DNA from: Myxococcota bacterium
GTDB taxonomy: Bacteria > Myxococcota_A > UBA9160 > JAFDDA01
Reading direction: 5' to 3'
Assembly: GCA_965228475.1 (NCBI GenBank)
Contig: OZ245817.1
Span: forward strand, 1,536,001-1,600,000
DNA length: 64,000 nt
Shown here: one piece after another, positions 35,267 through 45,658 of the stretch
How the letters are laid out: each line of letters opens with the position of its first letter
How positions within the stretch are numbered: the stretch's first letter is position 1
Notes under the pieces: generated by a model
Database searches by the model: none
Seen by the model: only the letters and a program-made list of their open reading frames with translations
Told to the model about the DNA's origin: nothing
Made by a program: the position numbers and the translations under genes

Positions 35267-36753
35267 ACCTCGGCGCCGAGGCGCCGCTTCCAGCGGCCTC
35301 GCAGGAAGACGAAGGCCAGGATCGCCGAGCGGGCGAGGTGGTCGAACACGAGGCACCACCACATCCAGACCGTCGGCAGCTCGAGGATGCGCGAGCAGAG
35401 GAAGCCGAGCGGAACGCGGAAGACCCAGTTGCCGATGCCCGCGGCGACGAGCGGCGTCATCGTGTCGCCGGCGCCGCGCAGGGCTCCCGCCAGGGTGAAG
35501 TGCAGTCCGAGCAGCGGCTGCGAGAGCGCGAGCAGCAGCATGAAGGGCACGAGCTCGGCGATCACGCCCTCGTCGATGCTGAAGGCGCGGGCCAGGGGCT
35601 CCCGGCCGATCGCGAACACGATGCCGAGCACGACGGAGACGGCCACGGCCATCCGCACCGAGCGCCATCCCGCGCGCTGGGCGATCTCGGGCTCGCTCGC
35701 GCCGAGCGCCTGGCCGACCAGCGTCGAGGAGGCGACCGAGAAGCCGACCCCCGGGATCCAGGTGAAGGAGAGGATCCGGATCCCGATCGTGTAGGCGGCG
35801 ACGGCGGCGCTGCCGTAGCTCCCGAGCATGGCGAAGTAGGACATCATCGCCGTGTTCATGAGCACGCGTTCGCCGACCGCGGGGAGCGAGATCCGCAGCA
35901 CCTGGGGCATCACCGCGCGCGAGGCGCGGAAATCCTGCCAGCGCAGGCGGAGCACCGGGTCGGTCCCGCGCCGCAGCACCGCGAAGACGAACAGCACGAG
36001 CCCGAAGGCCAGGGAGACGGCGGTGGCGATGCCCGCACCGACGAGCTCCATGCGCGGGAACCCGAAGAGTCCGAAGATCAGCACCGCGTTCAGGGCGGTC
36101 TTCACGACCGTGATCACCCCGGCCACCACCATGGGCGTGCGGGTGTCCTTGACCGCGCGCATGGCGCTCTCGATCGTGAGCGAGACGGCGAGGAGCGGGG
36201 TCGTGCCGAGCACCAGCAGGAAGTAGGGGCGGGCGAGGGCCACGACCTCGGGCTCCGCGTCGAGCAGGCGCAGGAAGAGGCTCGGGGCGAGGAAGGCGGC
36301 TCCGGTGATCACGCCGGCGAAGCCGAGGGCCACGATCAGGGTTCCGGCGAAGGCGCTCCGCGCGCGGCCGGGCTCCCCCGCGCCCACCGCGCGCGACATC
36401 ATCGCCACGCAGGCGATGCCGATCGAGAAGATCACGGACTGGGTGAGCCAGACGTACTGGGTCGTGTAGCCGACGGCCGCGACGGCCTCGCGGGTGAGCC
36501 GGCCGACCATGGCGATGTCCACGAGCGAGACGGCGCTCGCGAGCACCTGGGAGAGGATCACCGGCCAGGCGAGGGCCCAGATCTCCCCGTCCGTCCCCTG
36601 CGTCGGCGCGTGGGGCGCTTCGGGCTGGGGCGTCGCCGCGGCCGCCGCGACGGCCGCCGAGGGCAGGGCCGGCGCGGCCTCCGGGTCGCCGTACTCGGCA
36701 ACCTCGTCGCGGACTTCGTGGCTGACGTCTTCTTCGTCTCGCGGGTCGGGCAT
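35263..36753 (-). CDS. MATE efflux transporter
   Basis: IWALAWP, VDIAMVGRL, ELVGAGIAT, ALRGAGDT. Confidence 0.9.
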   Translation of the reverse strand: MPDPRDEEDVSHEVRDEVAEYGDPEAAPALPSAAVAAAAATPQPEAPHAPTQGTDGEIWALAWPVILSQVLASAVSLVDIAMVGRLTREAVAAVGYTTQYVWLTQSVIFSIGIACVAMMSRAVGAGEPGRARSAFAGTLIVALGFAGVITGAAFLAPSLFLRLLDAEPEVVALARPYFLLVLGTTPLLAVSLTIESAMRAVKDTRTPMVVAGVITVVKTALNAVLIFGLFGFPRMELVGAGIATAVSLAFGLVLFVFAVLRRGTDPVLRLRWQDFRASRAVMPQVLRISLPAVGERVLMNTAMMSYFAMLGSYGSAAVAAYTIGIRILSFTWIPGVGFSVASSTLVGQALGASEPEIAQRAGWRSVRMAVAVSVVLGIVFAIGREPLARAFSIDEGVIAELVPFMLLLALSQPLLGLHFTLAGALRGAGDTMTPLVAAGIGNWVFRVPLGFLCSRILELPTVWMWWCLVFDHLARSAILAFVFLRGRWKRRLGAEV

Positions 36754-37758
36754 CTATCCCCGGCCGCTGGCGTCGCCATCTCGATGGTGCCCGCTGGCGT
36801 CGCCATCTTCGCTGCGGCCGCCCGGGTCTCCGTGACGAAGCTCGGCGGGGAGCTGGAAGACGACGCCTTCGTCCACGCGGGGCAGGGCGTCGAGCCGGAA
36901 GTCTCCGGGCGCGAGTTCGCGGAGCCGGTCGATGACCTGCTCGACCAGCACCTCGGGCGCCGAGGCCCCGGCGGTCAGTCCGACGCAGTCGGCGCCTTCG
37001 AGCCAGGCCGGCTGGATGTCGTCGGCGCTCTCGACGAGATAGGCGCGGGAGCCGCGCTTCTCGGCCAGCTCGACGAGGCGGTTGCTGTTGCTCGACGTCG
37101 GCGCGCCGACCACGAGCACCACGTCGGCGCGCTCGGACAGGGTCTTCACCGCGTTCTGGCGGTTCTGCGTGGCGTAACAGATGTCGTCCTTGCGGGGCAG
37201 GGCGATCTGCGGGAAGCGGGCGCGCAGGGCTTCCATGATCTCGGCGGTGTCGTCCACCGAGAGCGTCGTCTGGGTGAGGCAGGCCAGGCGCGCCGGGTCC
37301 TTCACTTCCAGGGCCGCGACGTCGTCGACCGTCTCGACGAGGTGCATCTTGTCCGGCGCGTGGCCCATGGTGCCCTCGACCTCGACGTGGCCGGCGTGGC
37401 CGACCAGCACGATCTCGAAATCCTCCCGGGCGAAGCGGCCAGCTTCGACGTGGACCTTCGTGACGAGCGGACAGGTCGCGTCGAGCGTACGCAGGCCGCG
37501 ATCGGCGGCGGCGGCTACGACCGCGGGGGAGACGCCGTGGGCGCTGAAGACGAGCAGCGCACCCTCGGGCGCGTCCGCCGGGTCCTCGATGAAGACGGCG
37601 CCCTTCGCGCGCAGGGAATCGACGACGTGGCGGTTGTGCACGATCTCGTGGCGCACGTACACGGGCGGGCCGAACCGCTCGAGGGCGATCTCCACGATCT
37701 CGATGGCGCGGTCCACGCCCGCGCAGAAACCGCGCGGGCTCGCGAGAACGACTTCCAT
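36754..37758 (-). CDS. ispH: 4-hydroxy-3-methylbut-2-enyl diphosphate reductase
   Basis: [37 protein letters not shown]. Confidence 0.96.
   Translation of the reverse strand: MEVVLASPRGFCAGVDRAIEIVEIALERFGPPVYVRHEIVHNRHVVDSLRAKGAVFIEDPADAPEGALLVFSAHGVSPAVVAAAADRGLRTLDATCPLVTKVHVEAGRFAREDFEIVLVGHAGHVEVEGTMGHAPDKMHLVETVDDVAALEVKDPARLACLTQTTLSVDDTAEIMEALRARFPQIALPRKDDICYATQNRQNAVKTLSERADVVLVVGAPTSSNSNRLVELAEKRGSRAYLVESADDIQPAWLEGADCVGLTAGASAPEVLVEQVIDRLRELAPGDFRLDALPRVDEGVVFQLPAELRHGDPGGRSEDGDASGHHRDGDASGRG
36764..36808. repeat. 18-bp direct repeat, 27-bp period, in the ispH C-terminal tail
   Basis: CCGCTGGCGTCGCCATCT at 36764-81 and 36791-808 (DGDASG x2). Confidence 0.85.
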
Positions 37759-37859
37759 GGCGGGCAAGGTAACAGACTCCATCTCGGCCCCCTGCTACAC
37801 TCCCGCTCCGCAAAGGGCACCCGCTCCCGGCGAGGTGCCCCCCGCCGCAAGGAGTCTCC

Positions 37860-39059
37860 ATGTCCGACCTCGACGCCTTCCGCTCCGAGATCCGCAGCTG
37901 GATCGAGGAGAACGCGCCGAAATCCCTCCACGGCCGAGGCGCGAATCAGCTCGAGGGCGTCTGGGGCGGCAAGAAGTGGGTTTTCGACGAACCCGACAAG
38001 AAGGTCTGGCTCGACCGCTGCGCCGAGCGGGGCTTCACCGCACCGACCTGGCCGAAGGAATACGGCGGAGGCGGGCTCTCCCCCGCGGAGGCCAAGGTGC
38101 TCGGCCAGGAGATGGGCCGCCTGCGCATTCCGCCGCCGCTGATCGGCTTCGGCCTCACGATGATCGGGCCGACCCTGCTGCGCTTCGGGAACGAGGAGCA
38201 GAAGCAGGAGCACCTGCCGAAGATCTGCCGCGGTGAGATCCGCTGGTGTCAGGGGTACTCGGAGCCGGACGCGGGCTCGGACCTCGCCTCCCTCTCGACG
38301 CGCGCCCTCCGCGACGGCGACGACTTCGTCATCACCGGCCACAAGGTCTGGACCTCCTACGCGGACGAGGCCGACTGGATCTTCGCGCTGGTGCGGACCG
38401 ACCCCGAGGTCAAGAAACAGGAAGGCATCACCTTCATCCTGATCGACATGGAGACGCCGGGCGTGAGCGTGCGGCCGATCAAGCTGATCAGCGGCTCCTC
38501 GCCCTTCTGCGAGACGATGTTCGATGAAGTTCGCGCTCCCGTGCGCAACGTCGTCCACGAGATCAACGCCGGCTGGACCGTCGCCAAGGCGCTGCTCGGC
38601 CACGAGCGCAGCATGATCGCCGACGCCTTCGGCGGGGGCGCCGGCGGGACGAGCAAGAAGAAGAAGGGCCTCGCGGGGCTCGCCCGGGACTACGTCGGCG
38701 GCAACGGCGCTCTCGCGGATCCGGTCCTGCGCGACGACATCGCCCGCATGGAGATGGACACGCGGGCCTTCCTGCTGACCGTGCAGCGCGCGAAGGACGC
38801 CGCCAAGGCCGGCCAGCAGCCCGGGCCGGAATCCTCGCTCTTCAAGATCCACGGCACCGAACTCAACCAGGCGCGCAACGAGCTGATGATGCGGATCGCC
38901 GGCCCGAACGCCCTCGGCTGGGAAGGCCCGGGCTTCGACGAGGACGAGCTCGCCCGCACGCGCGACTGGCTTCGCTCGCGCGGCAACTCGATCGAAGGCG
39001 GCACGTCCGAAGTCCAGCTCAACATCATCGCCAAGCACGTGCTCGGCCTGCCGGATTGA
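37860..39059 (+). CDS. Acyl-CoA dehydrogenase (catalytic partner of a heteromeric pair)
   Basis: WCQGYSEPDAGSDLASL, GHKVWTS, LGHER, SIEGGTSEVQLNII. Confidence 0.93.
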   Translation: MSDLDAFRSEIRSWIEENAPKSLHGRGANQLEGVWGGKKWVFDEPDKKVWLDRCAERGFTAPTWPKEYGGGGLSPAEAKVLGQEMGRLRIPPPLIGFGLTMIGPTLLRFGNEEQKQEHLPKICRGEIRWCQGYSEPDAGSDLASLSTRALRDGDDFVITGHKVWTSYADEADWIFALVRTDPEVKKQEGITFILIDMETPGVSVRPIKLISGSSPFCETMFDEVRAPVRNVVHEINAGWTVAKALLGHERSMIADAFGGGAGGTSKKKKGLAGLARDYVGGNGALADPVLRDDIARMEMDTRAFLLTVQRAKDAAKAGQQPGPESSLFKIHGTELNQARNELMMRIAGPNALGWEGPGFDEDELARTRDWLRSRGNSIEGGTSEVQLNIIAKHVLGLPD

Positions 39060-39061
39060 CC

Positions 39062-40177
39062 ATGCAACTCGTTCTCACCGAAGACCAGGAACTCCTCGCC
39101 AAGACCGCGGCCGACTTCGTCGCGGAGAAGTCGCCGGTTGCCCGGATGCGCGCGCTGCGCGACACGAACGACGCCACGGGATTCTCCCGCGAGCTCTGGA
39201 AGGAGATGGCGGAGCTCGGCTGGGTCGGGATTCCCTTCGCCGAGGAGTACGGCGGGGCCGAGATGGGTCTCGCGGAGCTCGTCGTGGTGCTCGAGGCGCT
39301 CGGCAAGACGCTCGCGCCGGAGCCCTTCCTTTCGACGGTGCTGCTCGGCGGGCGCGCCCTCGCGGCCGGCGGGAGCGACGCCCAGCGTTCCGAGTGGCTC
39401 CCGAAGGTCGTGGAGGGCGAGGCGATCGTCGCGCTGGCCTACCAGGAGGCGGGGAGCCGCCACGACGCCCACCGCATCGAGACCGTCGCGAAGCCCGACG
39501 GCGGGGGATTCCTGCTCTCCGGCGAGAAGGTCCAGGTGCTGGACGGGCACGTGGCCGACGTCCTCGTCGTCTCGGCGAAGACGGGCGACGGCACGGGCCT
39601 CTTCGTGCTGCGCGCGGACGCTCCCGGCGTCACGATCACGCGCCAGCGCCGCATCGACGAGCGCAACGCGGCGCTCGTCGCCCTCGACGGCGCCCGGGCC
39701 GAAGCGCTCGGGGACGGCACGAACGGTGCGGCGATCCTCGACGATGCGATCGCCCGCGCGAGCGTCGGGATCTCGGCGGAGCTCCTCGGCAACATGCAGG
39801 AGGCCTTCGCCCGGACCCTCGACTACATGAAGACGCGCGAGCAGTTCGGCACCGTGATCGGGAGCTTCCAGGCCTTGAAGCACCGGGCGGCGCGCGAGTT
39901 CATCGCGATCGAGCTCTCGCGCTCGACGGTGATGGCCGCCGCGCGCGCCGTCGACGCCGGCGACCCGGAGGCCGCCAAGCTCGTGTCCCTGGCGAAGGCG
40001 CAGTGCACCGAGGCCGCGCTCCTCGTGGCGAACGAGTCCGTGCAGATGCTCGGCGGGATCGGCATGACCGACGAGCACGACATCGGCTTCTACCTGAAGC
40101 GCGCCCGCGCCGCCGAGATGAGCTTCGGGGACGCCGCCTGGCACCGCGCCCGCTGGGCCGAGCTCTCGGAGTACTAG
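39062..40177 (+). CDS. Acyl-CoA dehydrogenase (second subunit of a heteromeric pair)
   Basis: LTEDQELL, REQFGTVIGSFQALKHR, QMLGGIGMTDEH. Confidence 0.92.
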   Translation: MQLVLTEDQELLAKTAADFVAEKSPVARMRALRDTNDATGFSRELWKEMAELGWVGIPFAEEYGGAEMGLAELVVVLEALGKTLAPEPFLSTVLLGGRALAAGGSDAQRSEWLPKVVEGEAIVALAYQEAGSRHDAHRIETVAKPDGGGFLLSGEKVQVLDGHVADVLVVSAKTGDGTGLFVLRADAPGVTITRQRRIDERNAALVALDGARAEALGDGTNGAAILDDAIARASVGISAELLGNMQEAFARTLDYMKTREQFGTVIGSFQALKHRAAREFIAIELSRSTVMAAARAVDAGDPEAAKLVSLAKAQCTEAALLVANESVQMLGGIGMTDEHDIGFYLKRARAAEMSFGDAAWHRARWAELSEY

Positions 40178-40223
40178 TCCGGATGAGCCCGCTCGCGCGA
40201 CCGCAGCGATCCCGGGGGCCGCG

Positions 40224-41252
40224 TTGAACCGCACCGAGCGGCTGCTGCGCGCGTGCCGCGGCGAGCCCGTCGACCGGCCTCCCGTCTGGCTGATGCGCCA
40301 GGCCGGCCGCTACCTGCCCGAGTACCGCAACGTGCGCGAGGGCGTCTCGTTCCTCGAGATGTGCCGGGACGTCGACCGCGCCGTCGAGGTCTCGCTCCAG
40401 CCGCTGTCGCTGGTCGGGACCGAGGCCGTGATCTTCTTCTCGGACATCTTCGTCCCGGTGGAGGGGATGGGCGTCGACCTCGACTTCAAGCCCGGCCCGG
40501 TGATGGCCGAGCCGATCCGCACGCGCGCCCAGGTCGACGCCCTGCGCAATCCGGACCCGCGCGAATCCGTCCCCCACGTGTTCGAGATCCTGCGGACCCT
40601 GCGCGGCGAGCTCGAGAAGCACGAAGCGCCGCTCCTCGGCTTTGCCGGCGCGCCGTTCACCCTGGCCTGCTACATGGTCGAGGGGCAGGGCTCGCGGCAC
40701 TTCAGCACGGTGAAGCGCATGATGTACCGCGAGCCGGAGCTCTTCGCGGCCCTGCTCGACGCCCTCGCCGACATGACCGTCGCCTACTTGAATGCCCAGA
40801 TCGAAGCCGGCGCCCAGGCGGTCCAGCTCTTCGACACCTGGGCCGGGATGCTCGGCCCGGAGGACTACCGCCGCTGGGCCCTGCCGATCCACCAGCGCAT
40901 CGCGGCCCAGCTCGACCGCGAAAAGGCGCCCCTGATCCTCTACGTGACCGACGGCGGGCACGTCGTCGACGAGATGATCGAGGCCGGGCCCGACGTGATC
41001 TCCCTCGACTGGCGTCTCGACCTGGCCGACGCCGCCCGCCGCGCCGGGGACCGCGTGAGCATCCAAGGGAACTTCGACCCGACGTCCCTGCACGCACCGC
41101 CCGAGGAGATCGCCCGCCGGGTCCGGGAGATGGCCGCGGCCGGCTCCGCCGCGCGCGGCCACATCCTGAACCTCGGCCACGGCTGTCACCCCGACACCCC
41201 GGTGGAAGGCGTGCGGGCCTTCACCGACGCGGCGCGCGCGCTCGGCCAGTGA
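40224..41252 (+). CDS. hemE: Uroporphyrinogen decarboxylase
   Basis: PVWLMRQAGRYLPEYR, FSDIF, GFAGAPFTL, NLGHG. Confidence 0.96.
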   Translation: MNRTERLLRACRGEPVDRPPVWLMRQAGRYLPEYRNVREGVSFLEMCRDVDRAVEVSLQPLSLVGTEAVIFFSDIFVPVEGMGVDLDFKPGPVMAEPIRTRAQVDALRNPDPRESVPHVFEILRTLRGELEKHEAPLLGFAGAPFTLACYMVEGQGSRHFSTVKRMMYREPELFAALLDALADMTVAYLNAQIEAGAQAVQLFDTWAGMLGPEDYRRWALPIHQRIAAQLDREKAPLILYVTDGGHVVDEMIEAGPDVISLDWRLDLADAARRAGDRVSIQGNFDPTSLHAPPEEIARRVREMAAAGSAARGHILNLGHGCHPDTPVEGVRAFTDAARALGQ

Positions 41253-41289
41253 GCGCGGTCAGGCAGACCGGATCATCCGAGACCTCCGC

Positions 41290-42648
41290 ATGATGGACGC
41301 CGGCGGCAGGGTCGACGTCGTCGTGATCGGTGCCGGCCTCGCGGGCCTCGCCGCCGCGCACGAACTTCGCCGCGCGGGCCTTTCCGTCCGCGTTCTCGAC
41401 GCGGGGGAGCGCCCCGGCGGCGTCGTGCGAAGCGAGCGGGTCGATGGCTACCTCGTCGAGCACGGCCCGAACACGCTCCGCATCGCGGGCACGGCGCGGC
41501 CCGCCCTCCAGGCGCTCGGCATCGAGCCCCTGCTCGTTCCCGCGGCCCCGGCCAACCGGCTGCGCTTCCTCTACCGGGAGGGAGCGCTGGTTCCCTTCCC
41601 GCTCGGCCCCCTCGACGCACTGCGGACGCCGCTCGTCTCCGCGCGCGGAAAGCTCCGGATCGCCTCGGAGCCGTTCCGGCGCCGCGGGGACGGCGCGCAG
41701 GAGACCGTCGCGGAGTTCATCGGGCGCCGGCTCGGCCGCGAAGCGGTCGAACACCTGGTGGCGCCGTTCCTGACCGGCGTCTACGCCGGCGACGAGACCC
41801 AGCTCGGCGCCGAGGCCGTGTTCCCGAGCCTCGTCGAAGCCGAACGGGATCGCGGTTCGATCGTGGCCGGGATGCTCCGGCCCAAAGGCAAGGCCGCCGA
41901 GGCGCTCCCGGCCCTGCCGGGGATCCATTCCTGCGAAGCGGGCCTCGGGGCGATCCCGGCGCACCTGGCCGCGGGGCTCGGCGAAACGCTGGCCGTTGGC
42001 ACCGAGGTGATGGCCCTCGCCCGCGACGGCGAATGGATCCGCGTCGAGGCCGGGCACGCGGGGACGCTCGAGGCGCGCCAGCTCGTGCTCGCCACACCCG
42101 CTTCCGCCACGGCGCGGCTCGCGGCGCCGGTTTCTTCCGAAGCCGCGGAAACGCTCGAGGGGATCGGCCACGCGCCTCTCGTGGTGATGCACCTCGGGGT
42201 CGAACTCGGGACCACCGCGCATCCGATCGAAGGCTTCGGCTTCCTCGTGCCCCGCGAAGCGCGGCTCGGCCTGCTCGGCTGTCTCTTCCTCTCGAATCTC
42301 TTTCCCGGCCGAGCGCCCGAAGGGAAGGCCCTGCTCACGTGCATGGTCGGCGGCGTCCGCTGGCCCGAGGCCGTCGACGAACCCGAAGACCGCCTGCGCG
42401 AACGCCTCGCGGCGGAGCTCGAACGCACCCTCGGCCTGCGCGGCGCGCCGCACTGGCTGCGCACGCTGCGCTGGAAGCGTGCCGTCCCCCAACCGGGCGT
42501 CGGTCACCGGGCGCGCGTGGCCGACGTGCAGGCGCGGCTGGCACCGGCGGGCATCGAGGTGGCGGGGTCCTGGGTCGCCGGCGTCTCCTTCGCCGATACC
42601 CTGGCCTCGGGCGTCGCCGCCGCCCGCCGGGTGCTCGAAAGGCGCTAA
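41290..42648 (+). CDS. hemY: HemY-type (proto/copro)porphyrinogen oxidase
   Basis: VIGAGLAGL, EHGPN, GVYAGD, GFGFLVP, AVPQ; follows hemE. Confidence 0.9.
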   Translation: MMDAGGRVDVVVIGAGLAGLAAAHELRRAGLSVRVLDAGERPGGVVRSERVDGYLVEHGPNTLRIAGTARPALQALGIEPLLVPAAPANRLRFLYREGALVPFPLGPLDALRTPLVSARGKLRIASEPFRRRGDGAQETVAEFIGRRLGREAVEHLVAPFLTGVYAGDETQLGAEAVFPSLVEAERDRGSIVAGMLRPKGKAAEALPALPGIHSCEAGLGAIPAHLAAGLGETLAVGTEVMALARDGEWIRVEAGHAGTLEARQLVLATPASATARLAAPVSSEAAETLEGIGHAPLVVMHLGVELGTTAHPIEGFGFLVPREARLGLLGCLFLSNLFPGRAPEGKALLTCMVGGVRWPEAVDEPEDRLRERLAAELERTLGLRGAPHWLRTLRWKRAVPQPGVGHRARVADVQARLAPAGIEVAGSWVAGVSFADTLASGVAAARRVLERR

Positions 42649-42699
42649 GGCGTCGCCCATCCGGAAGGCGCCGAGGCGTCGCTCATCCGGAAGGCGCTA
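42639..42699. repeat. 26-bp tandem repeat between convergent hemY and cupin genes
   Basis: AGGCGTCGC(C/T)CATCCGGAAGGCGC at 42648 and 42674, partial unit from 42639. Confidence 0.8.
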
Positions 42700-43245
42700 G
42701 GCGCCGCGTTCGCGGGCCATCTCCGCCGTCCAGCGGAAGAACTGCCCCGCCTCGTACGGAAGCTCCTCGCCGGTCTTCGGGTGCCACATGCGGCGCTTCG
42801 CGGCGACCAGATCGCCGCCGTAGACGTGCAGCCCGAGCGTCGGTTCCGGGCTGCCGTTGGCGATGGCGTGGATCACGCCGTCCCCGAGCCGGACCGCTTC
42901 CCCGGCCCGCACGGCCCGCTCGTTGCGTTCGACCAGGCCCTCCTCCTCGCGCGTGAAGAAGGTGTTCTCCTCGCACCCCTCGTAGATCCCGATCACGGCC
43001 CACATCGTGTGGTCGTGGGGCGGGCTCACGGCGTTCGGCGGGAGCGCGACGTTCAGGATCGTGAGGTCGTCGCTGCGATGGAGGATGGCGTCCGCGATGG
43101 AGGTCAGGCCATCTCCCGACAGCGCCGCCCGCAGGCCTTCCGGGTCCGAGACGGCCTCCGACATGCGCTCCTCGACGAGCCGCGACCCCTCCGGGCCGGG
43201 GCCCGCGTCCACGCACGCGGCGATGAAGGCATCGAGGTCGAACAT
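42697..43245 (-). CDS. Cysteine-dioxygenase-like cupin metalloenzyme
   Basis: SPPHDHTMWAVIGIYEGCEEN...VIHAIAN...GLHVYGGD. Confidence 0.8.
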   Translation of the reverse strand: MFDLDAFIAACVDAGPGPEGSRLVEERMSEAVSDPEGLRAALSGDGLTSIADAILHRSDDLTILNVALPPNAVSPPHDHTMWAVIGIYEGCEENTFFTREEEGLVERNERAVRAGEAVRLGDGVIHAIANGSPEPTLGLHVYGGDLVAAKRRMWHPKTGEELPYEAGQFFRWTAEMARERGA

Positions 43246-43261
43246 GGGACTCCCCGGCGGT

Positions 43262-44284
43262 CTAGGCCTCGCGCTCCACCATCCCGGCGATGGCTTCGAC
43301 GAAGCGCGGGCTCGCGTTCGGACACGGGGCGAGCGCCAGCACGTCTCCGCCGAGTTCCCGCCACTGCTCCTGCGCGCGCATGCCGATCTCCTCGATCGTC
43401 TCGAGGCAGTCGGCGACGAAGGAGGGGCACACCACGGCGAGCCGCTTCACGCCGCGTCCGGCGAGCTCGGGCAGCGCTTCGTCGGTGAAGGGCTGGATCC
43501 ACGGCGTGCGACCGAGCCGCGACTGGAAGGCGACGGAGTGGATCTCGGGCCCGAGGCCGAGGGCGGCGGTGAGGCTCCGCGTCGTCGCGTAGCACTGGGC
43601 CCGGTAGCAGCGCGCGAGGGCCTTGCCCGGGGCTTCGCAGCAATCCGGCGAAGACAGGCAGTGCCCGCCGGTCGGGTCGGCGGCCCGGATCTGGCGCTCC
43701 GGAAGGCCGTGATAGCTGAAGAGCACGTGGTCGGGCCGGGTCTCGTCGAGCACCGGCCGGGTGGTGTCCGCGAAGGCTTCGATGAAGCCCGCGTCGTCGA
43801 AGAACGCCGGGAGGGTCTCGACGGGCGGCACGTTCGGCAGCGCTTCGATCTCTTCCTCGAGCTTCGCGACGGCCGAGCCCGTCGAGGAGTCGGCCCACTG
43901 CGGAAAGAGCGGGAGGGCGACGATGCCGTCCACGTCCGCGGCGACCAGGCGCTCGAGGGCGTTGCGGATCGACGGCGCGCCGTAGCGCATGCCGAGGGTG
44001 ACCACGTAGTTCTCGCCGAGCGCCGCGGCGACGCCGTCGCGCAGGGCCTGGCCGTGGAAGAGCAGCGGGGACCCCTCTGCGCTCCAGATCTTCCGGTAGG
44101 CCGCCGCCGACTTCGGGGAGCGGAACGGGGCGATCACGAGGTTCACGAGCGCCCAGCGCACGAGCGGGGAGGTATCGATGACGCGCGGGTCGGAGAGGAA
44201 CTCGCGCAGGTAGCGCCGGACGTCCCGCGTGGCGGGCGAAGCCGGCGTACCCAGGTTGATCAGCAGGACACCGGTCCGTTCCAT
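43262..44284 (-). CDS. hemH: Ferrochelatase with Cys-rich [2Fe-2S]-type insert
   Basis: LINLGTP, FSYHGLP, FQSRLG, FVADCLETIEE; insert HCLSSPDCC...RCYRAQC. Confidence 0.95.
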   Translation of the reverse strand: MERTGVLLINLGTPASPATRDVRRYLREFLSDPRVIDTSPLVRWALVNLVIAPFRSPKSAAAYRKIWSAEGSPLLFHGQALRDGVAAALGENYVVTLGMRYGAPSIRNALERLVAADVDGIVALPLFPQWADSSTGSAVAKLEEEIEALPNVPPVETLPAFFDDAGFIEAFADTTRPVLDETRPDHVLFSYHGLPERQIRAADPTGGHCLSSPDCCEAPGKALARCYRAQCYATTRSLTAALGLGPEIHSVAFQSRLGRTPWIQPFTDEALPELAGRGVKRLAVVCPSFVADCLETIEEIGMRAQEQWRELGGDVLALAPCPNASPRFVEAIAGMVEREA

Positions 44285-44299
44285 CGAGAAGTTCCGCCT

Positions 44300-45034
44300 C
44301 TAGCTGCGGCGCGGCCTGCGCCATCCGCCGAGCCAGGCGGAGATGGCAAGGTAGTAGATCGGATAGGCGAGGGTGGCCTTCGCCAGGTGGAAAGGTGCCG
44401 TGGCGTCCGGAAAGGCCACGGCGATGGCGAACAGGATCACCCACAGGAACCCGAGGACGTTGGTCGTCTTCTTCAGGCGCGGCGCCTTGCTCGGGTAGAC
44501 GTACTTGAGCGGGACGAACACCGCGACCGAGAGCAGGGTGAGCACGAAGGCGCCCGTCCCGGGCGAGACGTCCAGCACCCAGAGGTAGAGGACGACGATG
44601 TTCCAATAGGAGGGGAAGCCGAGGAAGAAATCGTCGTCGGTCTTGGCCTCGGTCTGGGAGAAGCCGTAGGCGCTCGCGAGGATCGGCGGCACGATCCAGA
44701 GCCAGGAGGGAACGAGCCCGGCGGCCACCACGAACACGACCGGCACGAGCACGTAGTTGAAGAAGTCGACCATGTCGTCGAGCCGGCGGCCGTCGAAGCC
44801 CGGGATGACCTCGCTGACCCGGGCGCGCCGGGCGAGCGTGCCGTCCACGGCATCGATCGAGAAGGCGACGAGCATCAGCAGGGCGGCGCGGTACCAGGCG
44901 CCCGCGTAGATGGCGAGCAGGGCCATCGTCCCCACCACGGCCCCGGTCGCCGTGAAGAGGTGGACGCTCCAGGCGGCGGCGAGCTGCTGGGGGGCCGGCT
45001 TCGTGGCGGCGGGTTCGCTTTCGGGGCCGGACAT
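44300..45034 (-). CDS. pcs: Phosphatidylcholine synthase (CDP-alcohol phosphotransferase)
   Basis: VHLFTATG, DAVDGTLAR, DGRRLDDMVD, FLGFPSYWN. Confidence 0.85.
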   Translation of the reverse strand: MSGPESEPAATKPAPQQLAAAWSVHLFTATGAVVGTMALLAIYAGAWYRAALLMLVAFSIDAVDGTLARRARVSEVIPGFDGRRLDDMVDFFNYVLVPVVFVVAAGLVPSWLWIVPPILASAYGFSQTEAKTDDDFFLGFPSYWNIVVLYLWVLDVSPGTGAFVLTLLSVAVFVPLKYVYPSKAPRLKKTTNVLGFLWVILFAIAVAFPDATAPFHLAKATLAYPIYYLAISAWLGGWRRPRRS

Positions 45035-45094
45035 CGCGGGATCATCGTACCCCACTCGCTATCCTCCCGGTCCGATGACGAGGCCCGCTGCGCA

Positions 45095-45658
45095 ATGAAC
45101 ACCCCGGACGAAGGCTCGCGGCGCCACCAGGCCCAGGAGTTCCTGCGGCAGGGTGGCGATTCGTTCCAGACGACCCGGCTCGACGCCGTGCTCAACTGGG
45201 CCCGCAAGTACAGCATGTTCATGTACCCCTTCGTGACCGCCTGCTGTGGCATGGAGTTCATGAGCGTGGCCGGCCCGCGCTACGACCTCGACCGCTTCGG
45301 CTGCGCGCTGCCGCGCTTCTCGCCCCGCCAGGCGGACCTCCTCTGGGTCGTCGGCACCATCAGCCATCGCCAGGCGCCGATCCTGAAGAAGGTCTACGAC
45401 CAGATGGCCGAGCCGAAGTGGGTGATCGCCTTTGGCGCCTGCACGACGTCCGGCGGCCCCTACGACAACTACGCGACGGTGCAGGGCATCGACACGATCA
45501 TCCCGGTGGATCTCTACATCCCCGGCTGTCCGCCGCGGCCCGAGGCCGTGCTCGACGGGCTGATGAAGCTCCAGGAGCGGGTCCAGCTCGAGCGCGTCGG
45601 GCGCGAGGGCCGGCACCGCGAGGTCGATGCGCCCGACGAGGCCGGGTCCCTCGGCTGA
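45095..45658 (+). CDS. nuoB: NADH-quinone oxidoreductase subunit B
   Basis: TACCGMEF, SPRQAD, QMAEPKWVIAFGAC, IPGCPPRPE. Confidence 0.95.
   Translation: MNTPDEGSRRHQAQEFLRQGGDSFQTTRLDAVLNWARKYSMFMYPFVTACCGMEFMSVAGPRYDLDRFGCALPRFSPRQADLLWVVGTISHRQAPILKKVYDQMAEPKWVIAFGACTTSGGPYDNYATVQGIDTIIPVDLYIPGCPPRPEAVLDGLMKLQERVQLERVGREGRHREVDAPDEAGSLG

Noticed and set aside
42639..42699. CRISPR array or REP element
   Set aside because: Only ~2.3 adjacent copies, no spacers, no cas genes, and no clear recurrence in the window
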